NCBI RefSeq assembly: GCF_006345805.1
Contig: NW_021834791.1
Span: forward strand, 1-64,000
Direction of reading: 5' to 3'
DNA length: 64,000 nt
From: Octopus sinensis
Lineage: Eukaryota
Shown here: positions 37,549 to 51,274 of the stretch, in pieces
How the letters are laid out: every line of letters starts with the position of its first letter
Position numbering within the stretch: the stretch's first letter is position 1
The notes under the pieces: generated by a model
What the model was told of the DNA's origin: nothing
Database searches by the model: none
Seen by the model: the letters and a program-made list of their open reading frames with translations, nothing else
Program-made: the position numbers and the translations under genes

Positions 37549-37987
37549 CTCCGCGGAATCTGAACTTAGGACAAGACGAACAAAATGCCTCTAAGCATTC
37601 GATCAGTTATGTTAACTATTCCACCAGCTCTTGACGCTTTATTAATAATTAATAAATGTTTATGGGAATTTAACATTCTTCGTGTTTTCCAGTGGCTAAA
37701 ATGTATCTTCACGCTTTCGTTGATTTAGTTTCAAACACACAAATGGATCTTTGTATGGGTGTGCGTGTCTGTGTGTCAATGTGTATCTAGGCATTTTATA
37801 TACATGTGTGTGTGTGCGTGTGCGTGCGCGCGTGTGTGGTATATCTATGCGCCATTATGTATCTGAGTACGTATGTGTGAGTCTGCATATCCTTATGTAT
37901 CTGTATATGTTTGTACGAATGTGTATGTCTGTGCATTTCCTCTGGTATCTATCTATCTTTATGTCTGTCTGTCTGTTTATCTATCTG

Positions 37988-38050
<63 letters not shown>

Positions 38051-38094
38051 ATCTTTCTCTGTCTTAAGCACCACCAGCTCAAATATTGTCTCCT

Positions 38095-38262
38095 CTGTCT
38101 TCCCTCCTTGGTATCTTTCCTTCTCCTTGTTTCCGACGAAGAGCTCCGCTCGAAACGTTAAACCCTCCTTCCCTTCTTTCCTGAGCGTCAATAATACTTT
38201 AATTGTTCCACGTCCTGCGTTGCTGTGTTTTTTCTCTTTTTTTCTGTGTTTTCTTGTTGGAT

Positions 38263-38268
<6 letters not shown>
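38095..38268 (+). mobile_element. Short hammerhead-bearing pseudo-LTR-like element, left copy
   Basis: Roughly 80% similar by eye to the reverse complement of 38372-38545; ends GGATTAAC followed by (TA)n. Confidence 0.8.
38129..38163 (+). ncRNA. Minimal type I hammerhead motif (core mutated to CCGACGA)
   Basis: GTTT-CCGACGA-A-GAGC(TCC)GCTC-GAAAC-GT-T-AAAC. Confidence 0.6.
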
Positions 38269-38354
<86 letters not shown>

Positions 38355-38371
38355 TTATATATATATATATA

Positions 38372-38556
38372 TAGTTAATCCAAACATGAAAACACAAAGA
38401 GAAAACGTAACAACGCGAGGACGTGGAACAAGTATGTTATTGGACGCTCAAGAAAGAAGGAAAGAAGGTGGGTCTAACGTTTCGAACGGAGCTCTTCGTC
38501 AGAAACATAGGAAAAGGAAAGATCCAAAGAAGGGAAGACGGCAGAAAAAAATCGCC
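38372..38556 (-). mobile_element. Short hammerhead-bearing pseudo-LTR-like element, right copy
   Basis: Inverted relative to the left copy across the same (TA)n tract. Confidence 0.8.
38472..38506 (-). ncRNA. Minimal type I hammerhead motif with canonical core
   Basis: Minus strand GTTT-CTGACGA-A-GAGC(TCC)GTTC-GAAAC-GT-T-AGAC. Differences from the left copy in stems I and II are wobble-compatible. Confidence 0.75.
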
Positions 38557-38852
38557 AACGGTACACTGCATATACATGTGTATCTGCATATGTGTGTAAA
38601 TCGGTACATTATATACACACAAATATTCAAACAGCTTACATTAATCTCCGGATATATATATATCTTTCAATATATATCTATCTATTTATATGTGTGTGTG
38701 TGATGGTGTATCTATGTAGATATGTACATATGTATATGTGTGTATCATCGTGCATCTCTCTGCCTCTCTGTTTATGTGTGAGTGAGTGGGCGTGTGTATG
38801 TGTGTAAATATCTGTGCGTAAATGACTGTGTGCCTAATCGTAGTACCAGTTT

Positions 38853-38890
<38 letters not shown>

Positions 38891-39451
38891 TACACACACA
38901 TAAATATATATGTATGCTTAAACGATTTAAACCAGCGATCCTTAGCTCGATTCACAAACTTGTGTATATGAATCGTTTTTACTGATATTTCCCTTCATTT
39001 TCTAATCTATATTGCGACCAATTTGGAATTCAAAAATAAATTAAAGAACGAATCTAAAATTAGAGTGGTTCCGTTGTCTTCATTGGCTTTCCAATACCAT
39101 TCTCTGAAGAAAGTCTGAAAATGGTGTCTTAGAAAAGATATCACAATAGATTTTTTTATCTCACTATCTACGTTCTAAAAAGAGTCAAGATCAAAAATAT
39201 ATTATGTATGTTATACACCCATACATAGGAGCGTATATACATATATGCATGAATAGACACATATGTATACACACACACACACATACACACATATATATGT
39301 TTATACATACACACAAACATATGTATGTGTATCGCGTGTGCGTTTGTGCATTCTCACTTCAAGTGACGTTCTCTAATATTTAGTTACAAACTAGCATAGC
39401 CACTGGCAAACAAGTATGTATATATGTGTGTATATATATCATATATATATA

Positions 39452-39494
<43 letters not shown>

Positions 39495-39503
39495 ATATAT
39501 ATA

Positions 39504-39603
<100 letters not shown>

Positions 39604-40030
39604 ATACCTATATATGCATATATATACATATATAGGTGTATGTATATACATGTATATATATGTGTGTGTGTATATATCTACATAGATATGTATGTATGTA
39701 TACGTATATGTATATCTATATATACATACATACTTATATCCTTATACGTATATAAATGTGTGTGTATGTACACAAATTACGTGTGTGTGTGTAGATATTT
39801 ATGTATATATGATTACATACATACATACATGCAAATATATTTATACACACATACACACGCCCACATACACACATACACGCACACAGATCTACCAACGGCA
39901 GTTAGCAGTCTACTGATCGTCCATAGATGTCTTTGTTCTGAGGAAGTTGATACGAAAGAATCCGAAGAACAAGTATTCAGTAACACAACGGCGCTAATAA
40001 TAATACCGCCGCCGCCGCCACCACCTCCAT

Positions 40031-40080
<50 letters not shown>

Positions 40081-40100
40081 TGCTGTTGCTGCTGCTGCTG

Positions 40101-40136
<36 letters not shown>

Positions 40137-40235
40137 TTACTGCTGCTGTTGCTGCTGCTGCTGCTACTACTACTACTACTGCTGCTGCTACTACTACTAC
40201 TACTACTACTACTGCTAATAATAATAATAATAATC

Positions 40236-40440
40236 TTTTCCACTACAGGCACAAGGCCTGAAATCTGGGGGAAAGGGGGCAAATCGATTGAATCGACCCA
40301 ATACTGAACTGGTACTTATTCCCTCAGCCCCCAAAAGTACTTATGTCATATACCCCAAAAGAGGCCGGAAGAATTTGTACTCAGGACGTAAAGAGAGACG
40401 AAATGCCGCAAACCGTAACTTAGCGGTTTGGCAAAATAGC
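40236..40440 (-). mobile_element. SINE group A (diverged)
   Basis: TTTCCACTACAGGCACAAGGCCTGAAAT...ACTCAGGACGTAAAGAGAGACGAAATGCCGC. Confidence 0.8.
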
Positions 40441-41526
40441 GTGATAAATATATCTTGTAGACTTTAAAAATTTCATCTACTGTTTGATTAAACAGTTGAA
40501 ATTTGTGCTCCAGAAAGGGCGTATTGCTATGATTAATATATGTAAAAGGATAAAGTATACACGCACGCGCGCACGCATAGAAACACACACAATGAGTTGC
40601 TCCTTTGTTTTACTGGGAAATGTAATAATCGATAAAAAGTGCTATTGTTTTTTGCTTGTTTCTGTTCCCTTTATCACATACATACATACATAAATACATA
40701 CATAAATACATACATATATACACACTTACACACACATATACAGATATAGATATATGATTAATGAGACGGAAGATGGGTGATACGGGAATGTTTATTAATT
40801 ACTATAGTTCTTTCTACCCATCTAGCATCGATCGTTCGCGGGTGGGATACTTAGCAACTGGTTTAGGTGTATCTGTCGGTATAGATGTGTCTCTTCAGGT
40901 GATTACAAGATATATCTCTTAAAATACAGACTGTTCTGCAAAATAAAGACTTTTTCTCGGTTTGTCTATAGAACAGCAAATTAATACATTTTTTGCTGTA
41001 TTATGAATTCGTTTCCTTCTGCGTTTGTTATTTATTATTGATCTATAAAAATAATAATAGCAAATAATGATAACAAAATTAAAACTGCATACCAAAGGGC
41101 TTTGAAACTACAAAAATTTACTGTGAAAATAATAAAGGTAGAAAATTTTATATGAAAATAGGTTGTCTATTGACTTTATTACGCATGCTGAACACCTGTA
41201 TGAAAATTTCTTTAAATTTTCTACCCTTATTATTTTCACAGTATATATATATATATACAATCACACACTATGTTCGTGCATGCGCGTATGTGCGTGTATG
41301 TGTTTGTGTGTGTGTGTGTGCGCGCGCGCGCGTGTATCTATACAAACATATCTCTTGAATCATACGCTTCTCTTTCATTAGCCCTAGGTTACTCTGGTGG
41401 TTGAAAATATTCGGGCTGTGTCTTTTATATGATGCGTGGTCGTCAGGGATATATGTCTTGAGTTTCAGATGTGATAAATAGGACAGGTAAAAGGTTAATT
41501 AAAGTAGACGTAGGTAAACTAAGTAA

Positions 41527-41576
<50 letters not shown>

Positions 41577-43874
41577 AGAGAAATTTCGGAACCACCAGCA
41601 CGTTTCAAAACGGGATTTATTAGGTGCCTTCACCATAAACTATCCATTATGAATACCATGGCCCTAATCAAAATGGGTGGACGAACGAGAACTGAAAGCG
41701 AACGTGAATTCAAATGACTGCAAGGTTCTACCTAACTTCATGACAATCAGCGAATGCTGGAAATTAATATTTTGCCGAGGGATATGATTGATAAATTGTA
41801 TAGACCGAGGGACCAAAATGCCCGTTCTTATTTAATTACAACTTCCGTTCATCCTAAGTCCTTCCAAATTCGTCGTGCTTGAATTTTCATTGAAGAGTCA
41901 AGCAGTGGAGGTCAATTCAATCGACCACATTCCTTATTTCGCGACGCGTACCCGTCTATCGAGTCCAGAAAACAATATATTATTCCACTCCAAAGGTCTG
42001 TCCTCTCCTCGTATTTCGCTGTCTTTCAGAAGACTTCTCTCCTTAATACTCTATACTCTACTCTACATGTTTATACTCTCCTATTATTATTATTATTATT
42101 ATCAATATTATTATTATTATCCTTTCTTTTAGTCTTTATTTCCAGTCTTTTCCATTTTCCATGGTCGTTGCACCTCTTCTCACTTCTTCAATGTCACATT
42201 TTCCTTCCTTAATTCAATATAACAACATATGAACATTGTTTTATTAAATATTCCTCGATTGAATTAATTAATTCATACAATTTGTCGTCTGTTACGTGAT
42301 TCTCCCGCCAATTCTTTCCAAAAATCTATCTCTCTGTCTCACTTTTTCTCTCTCTTTCTCTTATCTATCTGTCTCCCCTATTCTCTCTCATGCTCTCTCC
42401 TTGCTCCAAACTTTCTACGCCCCCACTCTATTTATCCCCCTTCACTATTGCACTTCATTCTCCCCCTCTCTCTCTCTCTCTTTGTATATCATTATTATGC
42501 TTGCATATTTGTCTCTTATTTTCTATTATATTCCTAACAAATTGTTGTTTCAGTGTCTGCATCTCCTGTTCTGCATCCCTCACTCACTCACTCACTCACT
42601 CACTCACTCACTCACTCACTCATTCACTCACTCACTCACTCACTCACTCACTCACTCACTCACTCACTCACTCATTCACTCACTCAGTCTCTCTTTCACT
42701 TACTCTCTCTCTCTTTCCTTGTCTCTTTAATCCTTTTCTCTCACTCCCTCACTTCGTCCCTGTCTCCCCCTCCTTCATCTGTTGCTTCCCTCAATCTCCC
42801 AATGTCGTCTGCACTATCGTCTGCATTCCCACTCATTCACAGTCTCTGCCAATCCCCCTTCCCAATCGGAGTCCATTCTCGCACCCACTCTCTCTCACCC
42901 CACCTCTCTTTCTCTCTATCTCTATCTCTGCCTCACTCCCTCTCTCTCTGTCTCATCTCTTTTTCCCTAACTCTCTCTCATCCCCTTTTTACCCCCTCTC
43001 TCTCTCTCTCATTTATTAGCTCCCACCATCAATATCTCCACCCCCATTACCATCCTCCGTCTCGTTCTCATCCTCCCGTATAAACCACTGCTTAGTCATC
43101 TCCTTGCGTTGTATTTGCCATGTTTCTTACTACCTCAGACCCCGCCGCAAACACACACACACACACACACACGCACACGTACGCACGCACGCACGCACAC
43201 GTACACGCGTGCGCGTACCGAATTATACACCTACGCTTTTACACACACGCGCGCACACTCAAACACGAACTCGACAAATGCGTTCATAAAGCTCACATCG
43301 TAGAGACTCAACATTAACTCTATTACAAACATGTAAAACACTAGCAGCAGCAGCAGTAGCAGCAGCAGCATCTGGCCTTGTCCTGGTTTATAAATACTTA
43401 AAATAAATACAATTTTAGAAGTAAAATACAAAAATATACAGAAATTGCTTTGAAAACAGGCCAACGATGTTTATACGGTTGCCCTTGGAATGGCGATTAA
43501 ATTGTATTTGTTGCATTAAAGCATCCAAGCATCATATTTGTTACAGCCAACCGTGGTCGGCATCTTGGAGCATAAATACATACATACATACATACATACA
43601 TACATACATACAAACAAAAATACCATGTTGTTGATGTTGAAATTCCAATGAAGTAGCCTTGGATCTAGGTTAGAAACCGGCTCTTTCTCCATTGGCAAGA
43701 AATTTTGAAATAAACTGAATAATGACATAATCCATACATACATATTATACATACATACATACATACGTACGTACGTACATATATACATACACACATACAC
43801 ACAGACATACATACATGCATACATACATACATACATACATACATACATACATACATACATACATACATGCATGC

Positions 43875-44030
43875 ATTCTCTCCTTGTTTTTTTCTGTGTC
43901 CCTTTCTGTAGAAGAGCGTAGGCTCGAAACGTAAGAGACTTTTTCTATTCCTGAGCGTTATACTAATACATCTGTTTGTTTTGTACACCACCTGTCTTCG
44001 TCTTTTGTTTTTTTCGTAAACTCTCCCTAT
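43875..44030 (+). mobile_element. Short PLE pseudo-LTR-like element with hammerhead-like motif (core at 43906)
   Basis: Nearly identical to 7965-8125, including CTGTAGA-A-GAGC(GTAG)GCTC-GAAAC-GT-A; ends CTCTCCC then TATATA. Confidence 0.75.
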
Positions 44031-44039
44031 ATATACCCC

Positions 44040-44309
44040 TTCTGGGTATTAGCGCACGTCTACGATGAGTCTACGATTAAAAAAAAAAATTACCATAATT
44101 TTTTTCCCATTTTAAAGCATTTTTTTGCTATTATATAAGGGAAGTAACTCTCTAAAAATGTATTATTAAATCTCAGAACGTAAAAACCTACAGTAACACC
44201 CCCCTTCGTGGTTAGCCATATTGAGATGGCTATTATACTTTACATCTCTAAAAATGCTTATATAGTTATTTCCCTTACAAACCCGAGCAACGCCGGGCGA
44301 TACTGCTAG
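44040..44309 (+). mobile_element. Probable non-autonomous Helitron, 3' terminus
   Basis: GC-rich hairpin CCCG-AGCAACGC-CGGG (44282-44297) a few nt before CTAG (44306-44309) followed by T, the canonical Helitron 3' signature. The 5' boundary is uncertain. Confidence 0.5.
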
Positions 44310-44564
44310 TATATATATATATATATATATTATATGTAAATTAAACTATGATCTTTTAACACCAATGATCCACTTCTCATTGTTATTTATTGTTTCATTT
44401 CTTTTCTTTTCTATATATATATACTAAACCACGGTTTTACCTTTAAATTACCTAATACCGTTTACCTTATAACTAAGACTATACATAATGCGGTAATAAC
44501 CAGGAGTGCCTACGGATACGTTTATCTATTATCTATTATCATACTAGATAATCGAACAGGGTAA

Positions 44565-44750
44565 CCCCCCCCACCACCACCACCACCGGTCGGAAGGCTA
44601 ATCCGTCGCAGGGTTACCCATGTACAGCCGAACGGACTGGAGCAACATGAAATGACGTGTTTTTTCATGAATACGACGCGCCTCCGGGAATCGAACTCAT
44701 GATGCAGCGATTGTGAGTGTAACACGCCTAACCACTGAACCACCGCGCAT
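44565..44750 (-). mobile_element. tRNA-derived SINE fragment (group C-related)
   Basis: Reverse complement head GCGCGGTGGTTCAGTGGTTAGG...GAGTTCGATTCCC. Confidence 0.75.
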
Positions 44751-44969
44751 CATCCTACACACACACTCACACACATATTTATCTGAGAAATTATACTTTT
44801 TAATAGCGAATTCAGAGTTCACTAAAAAGATGTCCTCCCTAGAACTATCCAGAAACAATTGCTTTCAGGTAAAAATCTACTAAACGTAAATAAAAGGATA
44901 AGTAATGAAAAGTTTAAAAATATAGAAACAAAAGAACAGATAGTATAAAATGTCTTCGTTGATTAGATT

Positions 44970-45052
44970 ACGAAAATCGATAGTTTCTGGTGGACACGAA
45001 AATCGATAGATGCTGGTGGACACGAAAATCGATAGTCTCTGGTGGACACGAA
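44970..45052 (+). repeat. Three copies of a 26-bp unit
   Basis: GAAAATCGATAG(TTT/ATG/TCT)CTGGTGGACAC x3. Confidence 0.9.
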
Positions 45053-45414
45053 GTGAAATATCCAAACGTAGAGCCTCTTGGATGGTTACAGCTTCTGACT
45101 TGAAAAAGATATTATTTCACACACTGTTCGGTAATATTGTAGATAATTTACAAGCGATAAGTGGTTGATAGCGAACTCCAAGTTTCGGCTTGTTAGACCT
45201 CGTCAGATTCTGATATTAAGAAACACTACTAAAATGTATTAAAAAATCTTTCAGTTTTGATATCTATTTATCCATGTATTTTTTTTTTACTTGTTTCAAC
45301 CATTTGACTGTGGCCATGCTAAGGCACCCACCGCATTGAGGAATTTTTAGCCGAATGAATGGACCACGGTGCAATTAAAGTCAAACCGCGAGCAAGCTTT
45401 GGTGTCTTAATTCT

Positions 45415-46090
45415 TGAATATATTTGGCACTCTGTCGCTTACAACAATGAGGGTTCCAGTTGATTTAGTTAATGGAACAGGCTGTTTGTGAAATTAATGT
45501 GCAAGTGGCTGAGTACTCCACGGGCATGCGTACTCTTAACGCAGTTCTCAGAATATGGCATCGCTGGCCCTTTGAAATACAAGCACTACTAATTCTTGCC
45601 AGCTGAGTGGGCTGGAGCAACGTGAAATAAAGTGTTTTGTTCAAAGACAGAACGCACTGCCAGGAATCGAACTCAAAACCTTGTGATCGTAAACCGAATA
45701 TCCTAACCATTAAGCCACTAACCAACGCGCTGGTCTATGCTATACGGAGACCCTTTTCGGTCACGAATGACCATGGGATTGCACCTAGAAAGTTACCCTT
45801 CGAGGCACAAGTCCGGGCAAGGTTGTTTTATGGAAGACCAGCAGTCACCCATGCGTACCAGCCTCCCCTCTTCATGCCACTGATATTATCCAAGGAAATC
45901 CAAAGAAAAGGCAAAGGGGCCGATATAGCTTAGCACCAGTGACATCGCAACTCATTTCTACAGCTGAGTGAACTGGAACAACGTGAAATAAAGTCTCTTG
46001 CTCAATAACACGCAGCCCGTTCCGGGATTCGAACTCACAACCACACGGTCGTAAGCCCGACGCTCGAACCACTGAACCATGCGCCTTCAC
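45415..46090 (-). mobile_element. Two adjacent group C-related SINEs
   Basis: Heads end at about 45720 and 46090; bodies match 4335-4528 and 25850-26190 respectively. Confidence 0.85.
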
Positions 46091-46259
46091 TTGTCTATGT
46101 AGGCTTTGTATAACCATCAATAAAAATGGCAGTTATCAGTTGAGCTACGAAATCACCTTTCGAAGAATTCGGAAAGCTCGATTACTAGCACATTTTCGGC
46201 TGTAGTTTTTGAAGCGAAAGAGATTGTAGCTCATCACAGCGTTTCTGACGTCATCACCA

Positions 46260-46620
46260 TTGTTTTATTTATTTGCTTGAAAATAGATAGCAATAGATTT
46301 GGATTCATTCTATGCCTACAAGTCGATATCAACTCTGTACTTCTATTCATTAACAGTTCGGAAAGTGGTTACATAATGCAAGATTTTTCAGTCAAAGGGA
46401 AAACTGCAGTTCTGAGGTTCTGTTCAAGACACTCATACGTATCTTTCTTTTGCCATCAAACAGTGTTTTCCATGTAAAGGTTCCCTTCCGAAAATGTATG
46501 TATGTTAGGATAGTCATCTCTTGAAACAGTTTACTGTTATTCCAATGAAAGCCATAGTACTGGCGACTTTATTTCCAGCTGAAACCGTTTGATACGCCAT
46601 ACAGTTACTCATGAACCGGT
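46260..46620 (-). mobile_element. Decayed PLE GIY-YIG C-terminal fragment (Naiad-like)
   Basis: Minus frames MAFIGITVNCFKR and LTEKSCIM*PLSELLMNRSTELISTCRHR resemble YIG.T...FK.R and LCL.EK..I....LN.RSELISKCRH. Confidence 0.6.
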
Positions 46621-46800
46621 AAAGCAAGGGATACGACGCAGTGATTCGGCAATTGCAGGTCACCGACTTTTGTGATGCGAATTTTATCTATTTACTTATT
46701 CATTTATTTTTGAAGAATTCTGTGGTTATGTAAAGGAATGATTTTTATAATAGAAAGGCTAGTGGACACAAACACACACACACACATACACATACACACA

Positions 46801-46831
<31 letters not shown>

Positions 46832-47088
46832 CTCAAACATACACACACACATGCATGTATCTGAGTATATAAGAATATATACATACACACACATATGTAC
46901 GGAGTCCGATTATCTAAAATTTTCCTTATATGCAAAGCAAACATACGTTGATCTATATGGTTACATACGTCCATACATAGAGAAGCATACACACACATAC
47001 AATTGTACATAAATTCATGTTTACACATACATATATACAAAGATACATGTATAAACATATAGATGTGCGAGTGTACGTGAGTTTGTAA

Positions 47089-47120
<32 letters not shown>

Positions 47121-47599
47121 ATATATATATATAAACATGCGTATATATGTGTGCGTGTGTGTATAACTTTATAGACCTGCATTTTTATGAATATATTTAT
47201 TGCAGCTACGTAAAAGCTGTGATATCTATAAATGTTTGTGGCTTTACATTTATATCTCTCGACAATATATCATATGTGTGTGGATGTATGTGTGTGAGTG
47301 TGTGTGTATATACACACAAATATAGATATAAGTATGTATATACGTATCCATATATATATATACATATAAATATATATAGTTTTATATATATATATATAAT
47401 ATACATATAGCCATGCTTGATTGAGTCAATGAAATGTGACGTAATTGGCAGTGACCTAATACACATTCTGTGGCAGCTTCCAAACTTCTGGAACTGAAAT
47501 AATATGGTTCCAAGCTCTGTTAGTGTTTTTCTCTTTGAAGTCTTTCGTAGGGATAATTGCATTTATTAAGGTTCATTTAGACTTCCAGCCTTGCTTTTG

Positions 47600-47703
47600 T
47601 ACACAGAGGCAGGCATTCATTTGTTGATATATGAATATGTAGATATACGTATAGGTGTATAGTTGTATATGTGTATATATGTGTGTATGCATGCGTACGT
47701 ATG

Positions 47704-47739
<36 letters not shown>

Positions 47740-48182
47740 TGCACCCATATATGCCCGTATATGTGCATATGTGTAGACACGTGTATATGTATGTATACAT
47801 GTATATAGATGTATATGGACATATATATATACACATACACACATACACAAACATATATATTTATATACATACATACATACATATATATATATGTATATGT
47901 ATATACATATATATATGTATATATATATATATTTACATTCATATATGCATGTGTCTGTATGTGTGTGTATATATATATGTATGAGTGTGTGTATGTGTGT
48001 GTATGTGTGTGTGTGTGTGTGTGCACGCGCGCTTGGGAGTATGTGTGCATGTCCTTTCGGTAGAGTGAGTGAGTCAAAGCTTTAGAAAGACATTCAGTTT
48101 CCTTAATAGAAACATCATTGTAGAAGTGAAGATAGGAACAAAGAGAAAGACAGAAAGAGACAGACAGAGAAAGACAGAGGAC

Positions 48183-48222
<40 letters not shown>

Positions 48223-48947
48223 AGAGAGTCCGACAGGCTGACAGACAGACAGGCTGAAAGCACTATGCAAAATTGTTGCTTCGTCCAAGCATGATAAAAG
48301 CTCCCACCATTAGATACAGATTCCTTATCATGCTTGATAAAACACTGAGAAACTATCTACCGGAAAGTGTTAATATTCTGCAAACCATATCTACTGGATA
48401 TTAAGGCAACACGTATACATCCATCCGTCCATCCATCCATCCATCCATCCGTGCATACATACATAAGCATGCATGTATGTATATATGTGCATGCTTATGT
48501 ATGTAGATATACGTATATGTATGTGTGTAATATATTGTATATATATATATATAATATATATATATATGTATGTATATATGTTATATATATATATGTATGT
48601 ATATATGTTATATATATGTATATATATATATATTATGTATTATGTATATATATATATGTTAATATATATATATATACGTATATTATAGTGTATGTATGTA
48701 TGTATTATAATATATATATGTAATATATATATGTATGTATATATGTATATATATATATGTATATTGTATATATATATTATATGTATATATATATATAATG
48801 TATGTATATATGTATATATATATATATGTATGTATATATATATATGTATGTATGTAATATATATATATATGTATGTATATTATATATAATGTATGTATAT
48901 ATATATATGTATGTATGTATATAATATATATATATATGTGTGTATAT

Positions 48948-48990
<43 letters not shown>

Positions 48991-49520
48991 ATATGTATAT
49001 ATATATATGTATGTATATATGTATATATATATGTAGATATATATATGTATGTATATTGTATATATATATATGTATAATATATATATACGTATATATATAT
49101 ATGTATGTATATATGTATATATATATATGTATATATATATATGTATGTATATATGTATATATATATATGTATATATGTATATATATAATATATGTATATA
49201 TATATATATTGTATGTATATATGTATATATATATATATGTATGTATATATATATATGTATGTATGTATATATAATATATATGTAGTATATTATATATATA
49301 TGTATGTATATATATATATGTATGTATGTATATATATATATATATATGTGTGTTATATATATATATATGTATGTATATATATATATATGTATGTATGTAT
49401 ATATATATATATATGTATGTGTATGTATATATATATATACATATATATACGGATATATATGTAAATTTGGACAGATATATACATAATATTGACACATATG
49501 TACGCGTATATATGCATATA
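47600..49520. repeat. Very long compound (TA)/(ATGT)/(CA)/(GA) microsatellite field
   Basis: Visible directly. Confidence 0.95.
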
Positions 49521-49558
49521 TATCTTATATATAGATATATAAAGATAGCTAGATAGAT

Positions 49559-49589
<31 letters not shown>

Positions 49590-50039
49590 TATGAGTGAAT
49601 TTATATTTATATGAAAATATTAATATATATACACATAAGATTGTCTCTTTCTATACGTATACTCACGTGCGCTCTCTCCCTCTCTCTCTCTCTCTCTCTC
49701 AATCCCTCTTCCTCTTTATGTGTGTGTGTGTGTGTCTGTGGTGTGTGTGGTGTGTGTGTGTGTGTGCCTGTGCGCGCGCATGCGCACGGGTGCGTTTTGC
49801 AACAGCAATATGGTAAGAAATGAGAACCGCAGCAGCATGAAAATATACTGAGAACTTTGTAGAAGTTAAGCTTTATCATTGAAATTTATTCCGTTTTTAT
49901 TCTCTCGAGAATAATACAATTTGAAGAAATAGTTATGCAATATACAATAATTCTGAATGCTCAAAACAAATGTGTGGACAACCCTTCTGACAAGAGAAAG
50001 CAATGTCATGACTGAGAATGATACCTGTGTGACTCTTAG

Positions 50040-50420
50040 ATGTTGAACTTTGGGACCATCTTAAAACATTGAATCTTTATTATGTCCATCGCTCCATCAG
50101 TTGCACAATGTGGTAAAATACCACCAACATTGCCGAAACGACCTTAACATCAGATTCGGAATTCATCCCAGGCTGGAGCCAGGTGCCATGCACCTCTGCA
50201 TAATTCGTGCTCACATCACATCAATTTACTGCATTACAGTTGCTTTTCTTCAGGTCCTATTCTCTTTGACATTATCCCAAAAACAAACCATAGAAAGAGG
50301 TTCCATTACCTTCAAACGAAAACCAGGACAAATTTCTTCAAGGGATTACAGACAAGCCACGTTTATCTTGATACATCTCAATCAGCATCTCCCTACATCA
50401 ATGGGCCATGATACCAAACA
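50040..50420 (+). mobile_element. 3' end of a CR1/L2-group LINE ORF2 (decayed)
   Basis: WDHLKTLNLY...YHQHCRNDLNIRFGIHPRL...DKFLQGITDKP...QWA; same family as 34530-34860. Confidence 0.7.
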
Positions 50421-50659
50421 ATTTGGCTTTAAAGCGTCTAACAAATTCTCTCAGATTATGCTATGTAGTTAAACATGACCTGGAACAATGTTTGGCCGAA
50501 ATATACATTAATGATCTAAGTTATCTAAATTATATATATATATAAAACATCTTTTACTTGTTTCACGGGTTGGACTGCGGTCATGCTGGAATATATTCTT
50601 CTATCTCTGTTTAACTATGCTCTGATACAAAATATATTCAATATAAATTTTTGGTGTTT

Positions 50660-50830
50660 GGCGATGAGCTGGCAGAATCGTCCGTCTTTATGTTCTGAAT
50701 ACAAATTCCGCCGAGTCGACTTTGCCATTCATCCTTTCGGGATCGATAAATTAAGTACCAGTTGAACACTGAGGTCGATGTAATCGACTTCCCCTCCCCC
50801 TAAATTTCAGGTCTCGTCTCAATTATTTGA
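50660..50830 (+). mobile_element. SINE group A
   Basis: GGCGATGAGCTGGCAGAATCG...AAATTCCGCCGAGTCGACTTTGCC. Confidence 0.85.
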
Positions 50831-51115
50831 AATTAATATATGTTCTTGGAAGCCATTAAATCTTGGCTAAGCAATTATTACATCATTATATATGTTCTAG
50901 GTACATCGAACCAGCTAGAAAATTTTAGGAACTTGATTTGCCAGAAATAGCAACAAAATCATTCGGAAATTTCATTTTACTATCTTTAAAATGTGGAGGT
51001 AAAACTAGAAAATGTGTTCTTAAACATACTAAATCTTGAAGAAAATAATGTTGGATTGTCACGAAATTACATCTACCAATGCGGCATTGAGCACTCATTT
51101 TCATCACTCGACATT

Positions 51116-51156
<41 letters not shown>

Positions 51157-51274
51157 GGAGAAAAAGAGAGGGATAGATAGATAGATACCTGTAATGTGTA
51201 TATATATCCTACATAAATTGTAAGTTGTCGTACATTGATTTCTAAACTACTCCATCGGCATCGTAAAATGGGCC

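Noticed and set aside
44970-45052. 26-bp x3 repeat as a CRISPR-like array
   Set aside because: Units abut without spacers, the context is eukaryotic, and there are no cas genes.
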